DNA from: an uncultured delta proteobacterium | Lineage (GTDB): Bacteria; Myxococcota_A; Polyangia; Polyangiales; Polyangiaceae | Reading direction: 5' to 3' | Assembly (NCBI GenBank): GCA_963806225.1 | Contig: CAWDXG010000004.1 | Span: forward strand, 2,240,001 to 2,304,000 | DNA: 64,000 nt | Shown: positions 10,565 through 19,578 of the stretch, piece by piece | How the letters are laid out: each line of letters opens with the position of its first letter | How positions within the stretch are numbered: position 1 is the stretch's first letter | Translations under genes and position numbers: made by a program | The notes under the pieces: model-generated | Told to the model about the DNA's origin: nothing | What the model saw: only the letters and a program-made list of their open reading frames with translations | The model's database searches: none

Positions 10565-12100
10565 CGGCGCGACCCCGGCACATGGCGCCTGACCGGTACC
10601 TCGGTCTGCCCGAGATAGAGGTAGTCCTTGCCTTCCTGCTTGAGGATGTCACCGAGGTCGCGCATCCGCGCCTGCACGACCTCCTGCGGAATGCCGTAGG
10701 AAAAGCCGGTCGGAAACTGCCCGGAAGCGACCACCGGCCGGCGCAGGTGGTGCGGCAGGGTCTCCGGGTCGAAGTACTGGAGCGAGATCCCGTACCTGTC
10801 GGGCTCGGTCTGGGTCGAGGAACCGATGGAGAGGTAGAGCGGGTTCGGCGAGAAATGTACGCCCTTGGTCCGGGCAAAGATGGCGCGGATGCGAGCGAGA
10901 TTCTCGCGGTGGTCTTCCTCGGTTTCGCCCGGAAAGCACGTGAGCATGTCGTATCGCATCGAGATGCCGAGCTTCGAACCGTGCACGATCGCCTGCTCGA
11001 TGCCGTCCACGTCCGGCTTCCGGCGCATCAGCCCGAGCACCCGGGGCGAGAAGCTCTGCACCCCGAGCTTCAGGAGCACGCAGCCTGCAGCGCGCATCGC
11101 GTCCAGCCTCCCAGGCGTGAGCTTTTCCGGACAGCAGAAGCTCTCCCACGTGAAGCGGTCGCGCCGCTCGACCAGGAGCGCGCAGAAGCAATCGAATCCA
11201 GGTCGCCGAACCGTTGATCAGGTCGTCGTGGAAGTGGAAGTTCGTGTTGGCGTAGCGGGCGGCCGCCCACTCCATCTCGCCGACAACGTCCTCCGGCGAG
11301 CGGAAGCGGTAGCGGGCCTTGTCTGTCTCCGAACAGAATGCGCAGCGGCGCGGGCACCCGCGACTGGCCAGGATCGGCACGAAGTAGGTTAGCGTCATGC
11401 CGGCGAGCGACGGGTACGGCAGCGCATCGAGTGGCAGCGAAGCAGCCGGCGGCTGGTACCCGGGCTCTCCATCTGCACCTAGGCGCGTCACGCCCGGCAG
11501 GGGCGACGCCTGCCCATCGGCAAGCTGCTGCACCAGCCCTTCCACCACCCCCTCCCCGTCTCCCTCGACCACCGCGTCGAATGCGCCGGACCGGAGCATC
11601 AGCTGGCGCAGCGGCGCGAAGCCCAGGTTCGGGCCGCCCGCCGCCGTCGGCCTGCCCAGCGCACGCAAGCGGTAGGCGAGCGCTGCGGCAAAATACTGCG
11701 TCAGCACATTGATGGAGAACAGGAACACCTCGCCGGCGTCCTGCACGCGCGGCAGGTACATCTCGACCTTGCGCAGAATGGCCTCCGCGACGGGAGACAC
11801 CCGATCGAACGCTTCGGGATGGAGCACCTCCATCAGGAGCCGTGGGTCCACGCCGTCACCCACACCGCCGCCGATGTTCTTCGACAGCTCCAGCACGTAG
11901 TCGTCGTAGAAGTCGGTGCCCGCGTGGTGTTCCTCGAAACAGAGGTCGAAGAACGTCGTCTCGACGCCGGCTCGCTCCAGCACCGCCTGCAGGTACGCCA
12001 GGCCGATGTTCAGGAAATCCACTTCGCCGTGAGGCGGACTGTGGATCAGAACAACCCGCGCACGACGGTGGGGAGCTCTAGAGCGCATGACGACTTGCAC
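10561..12100 (-). CDS. B12-binding radical SAM protein (one +1 frameshift at 11195-11196; start 12100 or 12088)
   Basis: IGLAYLQAVL, AGGPN, VEGDGE, ASRGCPRRCAFC, FHDDLIN; continues in the next frame as MRAAGC..LGVQSFS..FPGET; stop overlaps the next start (ATGA). Confidence 0.82.
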
Positions 12101-12117
12101 AAGAGCGTACCCAGGAT

Positions 12118-12149
12118 CGCGTGCGTCGACGCGCGCGTCGATGCACGCG
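12118..12149. repeat. 32-bp near-perfect palindrome in divergent intergenic region
   Basis: CGCGTGCGTCGACGCG|CGCGTCGATGCACGCG, one mismatched (G-T) pair. Confidence 0.7.
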
Positions 12150-12203
12150 GTTGATCGATGTCATGCGCGGCGCACGCGGGAGCTCCTCTATACCCGGCTT
12201 CAC

Positions 12204-12262
12204 TTGACCGCTGTCGTGCGCGACCCGGATACTCGGAGAGTCCGGTAGTTCACAAAAGGAGG
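12204..12262 (+). promoter_or_regulatory. Putative sigma-70 promoter and RBS of the hxsD-like operon
   Basis: TTGACC-N18-GATACT (12204-12233); AAGGAGG at 12256-12262 before GTG 12268. Confidence 0.45.
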
Positions 12263-12267
12263 CCGGG

Positions 12268-12765
12268 GTGCAGGTCGAGACCCAGGTAGCAGTTGACGAG
12301 AATCAAGCCGCGGTCAGCGTGACGTTCGACCGGAGCCTGTGCCCGCTCGACGCGATCTACGGCGCCGCCTACGGATTCATCGATCGCTTCTACGTCTTCC
12401 TGGATGCCCCCTCCGAAGGACAGGTGCGGGTCCGCCTCAAGGGGCGCTCGCCGGCCACGGCAGACGCGCTGCAAGCCTCCGCCGGCGAATTCGCCAACGA
12501 GCTGCTCACGCATTGCTGGCGCGCGAAGCTCATGGAGCAGAACCGACCCCTGGTGGAGGCCGTGGTGTCGCAGGCCATGGCCGGCGCAAGCGGCGGGGCT
12601 GTGCTCGACGACCTCGGGGACCTGGACGATCTGGAGTCGTTCAACGACAACGTCTTCGATGACCCGCTGGGCATCAGCGAGAGCTGGGAAGGCAAGTCGA
12701 CCGAAAAGGCAGAGCCCGGGCCGGAGCCGGCCGGCGGCTCGGGTGACAAGCCACCGACGCCATGA
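12268..12765 (+). CDS. hxsD: His-Xaa-Ser system protein HxsD-like, with acidic C-terminal extension
   Basis: DAIYGAAYGFIDRFYVFLD...GEFANELL pattern; lies immediately upstream of the HxsB-like gene; tail DDPLGISESWEGK. Confidence 0.72.
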   Translation: MQVETQVAVDENQAAVSVTFDRSLCPLDAIYGAAYGFIDRFYVFLDAPSEGQVRVRLKGRSPATADALQASAGEFANELLTHCWRAKLMEQNRPLVEAVVSQAMAGASGGAVLDDLGDLDDLESFNDNVFDDPLGISESWEGKSTEKAEPGPEPAGGSGDKPPTP

Positions 12766-14201
12766 GCGTGCACGACATCCAGCCTCCCGCGACTGCCTTC
12801 GCGGCGCCGTTTGCGTTCCGCGATATCGGCGACGGATGCGTCGTGACGAATCCGGCTGGGCAATACGCCTTCCTCGATCTGGAAGAGCTGGCGGCGTTCG
12901 TCGAAGGCAGGCTGGACGAGCATTCCGACGCCTACGCCAGGCTCGACGGCCGTAACTTCATCCGCAAAAGCCTCCGCACGGAGGATCTGGCCGATCGGAT
13001 CGCCAAGCGCCGGTGGTACCTGCGCCAGGGCCCGTGGCAGCACGATCTGCTCGTGACGCCCCGTCATCCGGGCACACGCGCGCTTGCAGCGGGCTACGAT
13101 CGCGGGCTCGACGCGACGGATACGGACATGTCCGCCGGCACGGCGGAACGTTGCGTGGATCTCGCGCTTCTGTCCACCGCTCCCGCCGTCACGCTGGTGT
13201 TCCGGGGCGGCGAACCGCTGGTGGCGTTCGACGTGATGCGGCACGCCGTCGAGTACGCGAACGACCGGAACGAAGCCCTCCGGAAAGACCTCGGTATCTC
13301 GCTCGTGTCGGATCTCTCGGCGATGGACGACGAGAAGCTGGAGTGGATCGTCCGCAACAAGGTGCACGTTGTCGCCGCGGTCGACGGGCCCGCGGCGGTG
13401 CACGACGAGCTGCACTCGCTCGGTTCCGGCAGCGCCTACGCGGAGACAGCCAACTGGATCGGCCGCCTCCGCGAAGCAGGGATCGAACACGTGGACGCCA
13501 CGTTTGCCCTCACGCGGCACGCCCTGGGGCATGCCGACGAGATCGTCGACACCTACCGCGAGCTAGGTATCCGCTCCATGATGGTGGAACTGATCCCTCC
13601 GGAGCTGGCGTCTGGACACGGCGCGCCCCGGAAAGAGGCGCTCGGTCTGTATCTGGAGCTGGTCGACCGGATGCTCGCCGGGGCCAGGCAGGGACAGGAG
13701 CTCGCCGAGCGCCTCGCTTCGGTATTGCTGTCCAGGATCCTGCGGGGCCACGACCCGAACTACCTCGGCCTCCGCTCACCTGCCGGCGGCGGTACGGGCG
13801 GCCTCGTCTACGGACACGACGGCACGGTCTACCCCAGCGAGCACGGGCGCCGCGCCCACCTGGACGGCGACGACCTGTTCGTGCTGGGAGACGTCGAACA
13901 CTCGGGCTACGAAGACATCCTCCGGCACGAAACCGTGAGCGCCATGCTGGTCGCCTCGATGCTGGAAGCCAATCCCGGCTGCGCGCTCTGCGCCTACCAG
14001 CCGTACTGCGGAGTGCTCCCCGACGAGAACCACCGCGTGCAGGGCAGCCTCCACGGGCGGGTACGCGACAGCTACCGCGCGCGCATCCTCGGCGACATCC
14101 AGGACCATCTGTTCCGACTGATCCGCGACGCCGATCCGGCGGTGATGGCCGTGCTGGAGCGCTGGTCGGCTCCGGACGAGCATCGTCACTTCGTGGTGTG
14201 A
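12762..14201 (+). CDS. hxsB: HxsB-like radical SAM/SPASM maturase homolog lacking the CxxxCxxC motif
   Basis: PFAFR..VVTNPAGQYAFL N-terminus, DMS..TA..VD, FRGGEPL, DGPAAVHD, LRSPAGGG..YGHDGTVY, CALCAYQPYCG; VTPRHPGTRALA replaces VTLRCxxxCxYC. Confidence 0.78.
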   Translation: MSVHDIQPPATAFAAPFAFRDIGDGCVVTNPAGQYAFLDLEELAAFVEGRLDEHSDAYARLDGRNFIRKSLRTEDLADRIAKRRWYLRQGPWQHDLLVTPRHPGTRALAAGYDRGLDATDTDMSAGTAERCVDLALLSTAPAVTLVFRGGEPLVAFDVMRHAVEYANDRNEALRKDLGISLVSDLSAMDDEKLEWIVRNKVHVVAAVDGPAAVHDELHSLGSGSAYAETANWIGRLREAGIEHVDATFALTRHALGHADEIVDTYRELGIRSMMVELIPPELASGHGAPRKEALGLYLELVDRMLAGARQGQELAERLASVLLSRILRGHDPNYLGLRSPAGGGTGGLVYGHDGTVYPSEHGRRAHLDGDDLFVLGDVEHSGYEDILRHETVSAMLVASMLEANPGCALCAYQPYCGVLPDENHRVQGSLHGRVRDSYRARILGDIQDHLFRLIRDADPAVMAVLERWSAPDEHRHFVV

Positions 14202-14205
14202 CGCT

Positions 14206-16461
14206 GTGCACGTCGTCCTGGTCAACCCTCCGATCCGGCTACCCGAGGCGTTCGCGCACTATCCGATGTTCAGCCGCCTAGGGCTGCTCACGAACGCCGC
14301 GTGGCTGCGCGTCTCGGGGCACGACGTGCACGTCGTCGACGCATTCTCGCTCTCGCCGCGGCTGAATCTGCGCGATGACGGCGGCGGGATGCGGCACGTG
14401 GGCGCCGAGATCGACGACCTGGCCCGCGCGGTAGAGAGCGCGTGCGACGGACTCGGCGAGCCGGTAGCCGTCGTCATCGCGATCACCATGTTCTCGGACA
14501 TGAACCGCCACGAGAGCCTGGTTCCCGCGACCGCGCAGGCGATTGAAGGGCGCCTCCCCTCGGCTTCCATCGGCCTCGCCGACCTGTACACCTCGGGGAT
14601 GAACTACTTCGCCTACGACCCCAGAGCGGTACTGCGCGAGACACCGTCGGCCGGGTGGCTCCTGATCGGTGAAGGCGAGCCCACGCTGCCGGCACTGCTG
14701 GACTGCATTGCGGCGGGCGCGCCGCCCGACCTTCCGCGCGTCGCCCGCCTCGATGGGTCGGGGGAGCTGGTTTTCGACGATAGCGCGCCGCCGTCGATCG
14801 ACAAGCTCGACCGTCTGCCTCCGCCCGCATTCGACCTGCTCGACATGGACAACTACTTCAGCGCCCAGGCCGACGCGATCCGCGCCGAACTGGTGCACGA
14901 GTACCACGTCGTCGAGCGGCAGCTGCCGCTCATGACGAGCCGCGGGTGCCCCTATCGATGCAACTTCTGCACGAACCAGGTGCTGGGGCTACCGTGGCGC
15001 GGTCACTCGGTCGATCACCTGCGCCGCGTCGTGCGCGACCTCCGCGATCGCTACAGCGTCGATCGGTTCCTCTTCCTCGACGACAACATCAACATCAACG
15101 AGAAGCGATTCCGCGAGCTCGTGCACATGCTGGCCGAGGAACGCATCCCGTGGGACGCCGTCAACGGCTACCGCGCGGACCGGCTCGATGCCGAGATGGT
15201 GCGCGCCATCAAGCAGGCGGGGAACACCAAGATCACCGTGTCCGCCGAATCGGGCGACCCCGAGCTGCTCGACCAGCTCATCGGCAAGCGGCTCAAGCTG
15301 TCGAGCGTGGTCAAGGTAGCGCGGCTGTGCGAGTCCGAGCGGATGCCGCTGCAGGTGCACTACATCGTCGGCATCCCGGGCGAGACGAAAGCCCAGATGA
15401 ACAAGACGCTCGAATTCGCGACGATGCTGTTCGAGATGCACGGCGCGTGGCCTCTGCTCCAGCATGCGATTCCCTTCCCGGGCACACGCTTGTTCTGCGA
15501 CTGCGAGGAGAAGGGCTACTTCGTGCGGGAGCCTTTCGAGGTTCCCGGTGCTGTGCTCGAGGTGGAGAGTATCATCCGGACCCCGGAGTTCGTGCCCGGA
15601 GAAGTCGTGCGGATGAAGAAGAACGCGCAGCATCTGCTCGATACGATGCAGGCGCTCGTGTACGTCGACCTCGACGTCGCGCCGGACCTCGCGCAGGTCC
15701 GTTCAGAGCTCGAGCGGGGAGCCTTCCTCGGTGGCCGCGAGCTGTTCCTCGGCGGCGGCGACCCGACGCTCCGGGACGACCTGCCGGAGATTGCCGATGC
15801 CGCACGCGCGCTCGGCTTCCGGAAGATCACGGCCATCACGGCAGCGCACGGGTTTGCCGACGCCGACGCCGCGCGCGGGCTCGCTGACGCCCTCGATCAC
15901 CTGGTCATTCCGCTGCACGGCGCCGACCCCCGCACCCACGACGCGATCACACTGTGTCCCGGGTCGTTCGAGCGCACGCTCGCGGGTCTGCGTCACGCAC
16001 GGCAGAACGGGCTCCGGAGCCTGGAGATAACCTGCACGGTGGCGCGACCGAATCTGGGTGCACTCGGCGCGACGGTACGCGCGGCACGCCGTCTCGGTGG
16101 GCGTGGCATCCACCTGATCGTACCTGCTCCGGACGAGCCGGTGGCGGAGGCGGGGCTCGTCGCCGGGTGGACCGAGGTCCAGCCGCGGCTTTTCGCTGCG
16201 CTGCGGCAGGCGCCACGCGGCTTCGTCACGATCCAGGGCGTGCCGCTGTGTCTGATGCGCGAACCGCGCGGAGCGCTGCGGCCCTCGCCGCCGTGGGTGC
16301 TGGCGCGGACGCGCCGGCTCAAGGCCAGGCGGCCCCAGTGCCAGTCGTGCGTCGGCCTCGTGCTGTGCGGCGGCCTGTACAGCTCGGAACACGACCAGGC
16401 CTACGGCTTCACCCGCGCAGCAGGCGTCGCCGATCGCGCCGATGGCGCCGTCGCTCCCTGA
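14206..16461 (+). CDS. B12-binding radical SAM protein fused to a C-terminal degenerate HxsC-like radical SAM domain
   Basis: IGEGE, TSRGCPYRCNFC, FLDDN, VGIPGET, PFPGT; second domain LGGGDPTLR...HDAITLCPGSFERT...CQSCVGLVLCGG with no CxxxCxxC. Confidence 0.85.
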   Translation: MHVVLVNPPIRLPEAFAHYPMFSRLGLLTNAAWLRVSGHDVHVVDAFSLSPRLNLRDDGGGMRHVGAEIDDLARAVESACDGLGEPVAVVIAITMFSDMNRHESLVPATAQAIEGRLPSASIGLADLYTSGMNYFAYDPRAVLRETPSAGWLLIGEGEPTLPALLDCIAAGAPPDLPRVARLDGSGELVFDDSAPPSIDKLDRLPPPAFDLLDMDNYFSAQADAIRAELVHEYHVVERQLPLMTSRGCPYRCNFCTNQVLGLPWRGHSVDHLRRVVRDLRDRYSVDRFLFLDDNININEKRFRELVHMLAEERIPWDAVNGYRADRLDAEMVRAIKQAGNTKITVSAESGDPELLDQLIGKRLKLSSVVKVARLCESERMPLQVHYIVGIPGETKAQMNKTLEFATMLFEMHGAWPLLQHAIPFPGTRLFCDCEEKGYFVREPFEVPGAVLEVESIIRTPEFVPGEVVRMKKNAQHLLDTMQALVYVDLDVAPDLAQVRSELERGAFLGGRELFLGGGDPTLRDDLPEIADAARALGFRKITAITAAHGFADADAARGLADALDHLVIPLHGADPRTHDAITLCPGSFERTLAGLRHARQNGLRSLEITCTVARPNLGALGATVRAARRLGGRGIHLIVPAPDEPVAEAGLVAGWTEVQPRLFAALRQAPRGFVTIQGVPLCLMREPRGALRPSPPWVLARTRRLKARRPQCQSCVGLVLCGGLYSSEHDQAYGFTRAAGVADRADGAVAP

Positions 16462-16464
16462 CGT

Positions 16465-18234
16465 TCACTCGCGTACGCGGCGCCGTTCGGCGAGCCGCTG
16501 CTCCAGCCGGCGTTCGCCGCGGTCGAGCGCCAGAATCACCATTCGCTCGAGCCGCTCGCGCTCCCGGGCCAGCGCATCGGCCCCCGGCGGTCTCAGCTCG
16601 ACCGCATAGTGGCGCGTGCCCTGGCAGGCAACGCCGTTGCGACGCACGACGCGGATCCGCGCCGTGTCGCCGTCCTTCCACCGGAAGCGCAGCAGCACCC
16701 CCTCGCCCGTATCGCGGATGACTCCGATCCGCTCCAGCGTCCAGCCTTCGAGCGTCCCGCCGAGCCGCCAGGGCGCGAGCAACGCCTCGACTCGCCTGCG
16801 CCGGAGCCACGGGTCGATCCCGCCTTCGGCCTCCATCAGCACGATGGCCTCGGCGGCCTTGAGGTTCTGGCGCTGGTGGCGCATCCGCCGCACCAGATCC
16901 GCCTTGCAGCGCGCCAGCGCGTCCGGTGGAAAGCCCGGGCTCGAGAGCAGGTACGGGATGCCGCGTTCGGCGAAACGCAGGCCGAGCTCCTCGCGACGGC
17001 GCCACAGGCTCGATCCGCGATACACCTGGAGCAGACTGACCAGCACGGTTCCGATGATGGGGGGGCCGTCCGGGAGCGGCCGCGTCCAGTCGAGCAGCGT
17101 CCCGAGCGTGGTGTTGAAGCCCTCTTCCGTGTCGCCCGGAAGCCCGAGCACGATGCTCGCGACGGGCGGCTTCACACCGCGGCTGATCGCTTCCAACCTG
17201 GTGCGGAGCTCTGCCACGTCGACGGCCGCGCGCGCCACGGCGGCCATGGGCGCGGCCGAGAGCGTCTCGATACCGAGCAGCAGCGCGTGTGTGGGCAACT
17301 GGCCGAGCAGCGCTATCTGCTCTTCCGAGATGCAGTCGTGGCGCACGTTGTAGGTAAAGTGGATCGCCCCATCGGGATCCGCCCGGCGGATAGCCGCCAC
17401 AGCCTGCGCCAGCCACTCGGTGTCGTAGTTCAGGGCGGAGTCGATGAGGGTGATGTGGCGGTGGCCGGCCGCCAGGGCCCAGCGAATTTCGGCTTCGATG
17501 CGTGAAGGGCCCAGGTGCCGAAGCCGCTTGGATGCATTCCACGTGCAATAGCTGCAGGCGTGCAGACAGCCGCGGGACAGCTCGAGCATCACGCCGTTCT
17601 GTGCGGGGAAAAGGGTCCCGGCCAGATACGGCGACGGGATCTCGTCCAGGCAGCGCACCGCGGCGGGAGCCCCGCCACGCTTCACGCCGTCCGGCGTGCG
17701 GAAGACAATTCCGGGGACGCCGTCCAGATCGGCAAAGCCGCGGCGCAGTAGCTCGGCGAAGGGGATCTCGCCCTCGCCGCAGATCACCACGTCTGCGAAC
17801 GGCATCCCGCGAGCGAGTTCGAATGCGTCGCCTTCGGTGGCGCGTCCCCCCACGACGACCACGAGGTCGGGCCGCCGGCGCTTCAACCGCGCCGCCGTCT
17901 CGTGTACCGCGTCCGCGTTCCAGCAGTAGGCGGAAAAGCCGACGATCTCCGGATCGCGCGCCAGGATGCGTTCAACGTCGGCCTCGCGAGCGCGCACTTC
18001 CTCGCGCTCGTCTTCGAGCTCGAGCGGCTCGGCCAGGTCGATGAGCTCGATGTCGTAGCGCCGCGCCAGCTCGGGGTCGGCGTCGGCGAAGGCCTTCAGG
18101 CAGCCGTTCGCCAGGCTGTACGGCGCCGGCGCAAGCGTGTCTGCAAATCCGCCCTGACCCCCGAACGGCCCGTCCGCCCCTTCAGGAACGATGCTGCGGA
18201 ACCAGCCCACCAACAGCACACGTCGCCTGCCCAT
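16465..18234 (-). CDS. B12-binding radical SAM protein with C-terminal accessory domain
   Basis: VGFSAYCWN, VVGG, CGEGE, IPSPY, ELSRGCLHACSYC, LGLPGDT. Confidence 0.88.
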   Translation of the reverse strand: MGRRRVLLVGWFRSIVPEGADGPFGGQGGFADTLAPAPYSLANGCLKAFADADPELARRYDIELIDLAEPLELEDEREEVRAREADVERILARDPEIVGFSAYCWNADAVHETAARLKRRRPDLVVVVGGRATEGDAFELARGMPFADVVICGEGEIPFAELLRRGFADLDGVPGIVFRTPDGVKRGGAPAAVRCLDEIPSPYLAGTLFPAQNGVMLELSRGCLHACSYCTWNASKRLRHLGPSRIEAEIRWALAAGHRHITLIDSALNYDTEWLAQAVAAIRRADPDGAIHFTYNVRHDCISEEQIALLGQLPTHALLLGIETLSAAPMAAVARAAVDVAELRTRLEAISRGVKPPVASIVLGLPGDTEEGFNTTLGTLLDWTRPLPDGPPIIGTVLVSLLQVYRGSSLWRRREELGLRFAERGIPYLLSSPGFPPDALARCKADLVRRMRHQRQNLKAAEAIVLMEAEGGIDPWLRRRRVEALLAPWRLGGTLEGWTLERIGVIRDTGEGVLLRFRWKDGDTARIRVVRRNGVACQGTRHYAVELRPPGADALARERERLERMVILALDRGERRLEQRLAERRRVRE

Positions 18235-18246
18235 CGAAGCGCCCCT

Positions 18247-19578
18247 TCACTCGTGGGTAGCAGACTGCGCAAGCCGCACCTCGTGGAGGCGCATGGCATT
18301 GGCCATGGAATCCGCAAACGCGAGCGCGCCGGAGAAGCCGAGGAACGGTCGATCGTACAGCGCGTGGCGCACGAACGAGGGAAATCCGAACTCGAGCAAC
18401 GCAACGTCGTGGCGCATGATGCCGAAGTTGTTCGTGACCAGGAGGTGCGTCTGGTCGTCCTTCAGTCGCGGCAGGAGGAAGGAGAGGAACGTCTTCATCT
18501 TCGGGTGGACAAGAAGCTCCGTTCCGGGATCCACGTCGCCTAGCGCCGCCTTCGTCTGCGCGGGCGGGTTCGTGATGATCGCGAACGGAACGTCGGCACC
18601 CAGCACCCGGATGAATTCCACGAAACCGGGCAGCATGTGCGGGTCACCGATGTAGGCGATACGCCTGTTCTGGAACAGGAACGGCACGACCCACTCCAGC
18701 CGCGGCACGACGTGGCGGAGCTCCTGCTCGATGACGCGCTCGGCGAGCTCGCGCCGGTCGAACGCCTCGCCGAGCTGCCGTATCCACGTCTCGGTCGCCG
18801 GCAAGCCGAAGGGCAGCACCGTCTCGACCAGGCGCGCTCCGAGACGCTTGGCGGCGCGCCGCGCTGCGCGCCGCCCGTACGGAAACGAGATGATCGCCGC
18901 GGCGTCGCGGATCGCCCGGACCTGTTCGAGCCGACCTCCGTCGAACCAGATGCTGACCGGCTCGAGCCCGAGCGCCCGCAGCAGGCGGCGGAGCTCGCGT
19001 ACGTTGCCGGCGTGATCCTCCTCGTTGCGGTCGAACATGTTGCCGACGATCGCCACGTGATGCGCGGGCGGCGGCGCGGCCGGCGGTTCAAGCTCCGCCG
19101 CCATGGCCTTCAGCACCTCCTCGTAGCCATCCACCCAGTCGCCAGACAGCGCGCGACCGGGCACATGGTAGATGGGCTTGCCCGATTCCGCGCTCACGGT
19201 GCGCGCGAGCCTGCCGTAATCGGCACCGGTGATGAACGCCATCGGCATGCTGGTGACGGCTGCGCCGGGGACCGCGGGGTTCATCGCGATGCGACGGAGC
19301 GCGTCCACCAGATTCTCTTCGCGCGAGGCGCTCATCTGCACCGGATGCAGCGCGGTATTGGCAATGCGGTGGTAGCCGGACACGCTCGTCAGCGTGGAGA
19401 GCCAGTCGTGGTTGCCCTGCACGTACTGCGTCTTCATGTGCACGCAGTCGGGCCCCTCCACGAGAAGGTACAGGTCCTCGATGGCATTGAGCGCCAGCGA
19501 GACACCGGTCATGAAGCTCGAACCGAAGCGCTGGGAGTGGTCCTTCTCCGGAAGGCCTGGCTCGGTAGCCGCGCTCAC
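18247..19578 (-). CDS. Nitrogenase component 1-like oxidoreductase subunit (BchZ/NifK-like)
   Basis: LLVEGPDC (HGPxGC equivalent), ITGADY, DGYEEVL, GNVRELRRLLRALGL, PFGLPATETWIR, FGFPSF..RPFLGFSGA; only one Cys in the protein. Confidence 0.82.
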   Translation of the reverse strand: MSAATEPGLPEKDHSQRFGSSFMTGVSLALNAIEDLYLLVEGPDCVHMKTQYVQGNHDWLSTLTSVSGYHRIANTALHPVQMSASREENLVDALRRIAMNPAVPGAAVTSMPMAFITGADYGRLARTVSAESGKPIYHVPGRALSGDWVDGYEEVLKAMAAELEPPAAPPPAHHVAIVGNMFDRNEEDHAGNVRELRRLLRALGLEPVSIWFDGGRLEQVRAIRDAAAIISFPYGRRAARRAAKRLGARLVETVLPFGLPATETWIRQLGEAFDRRELAERVIEQELRHVVPRLEWVVPFLFQNRRIAYIGDPHMLPGFVEFIRVLGADVPFAIITNPPAQTKAALGDVDPGTELLVHPKMKTFLSFLLPRLKDDQTHLLVTNNFGIMRHDVALLEFGFPSFVRHALYDRPFLGFSGALAFADSMANAMRLHEVRLAQSATHE

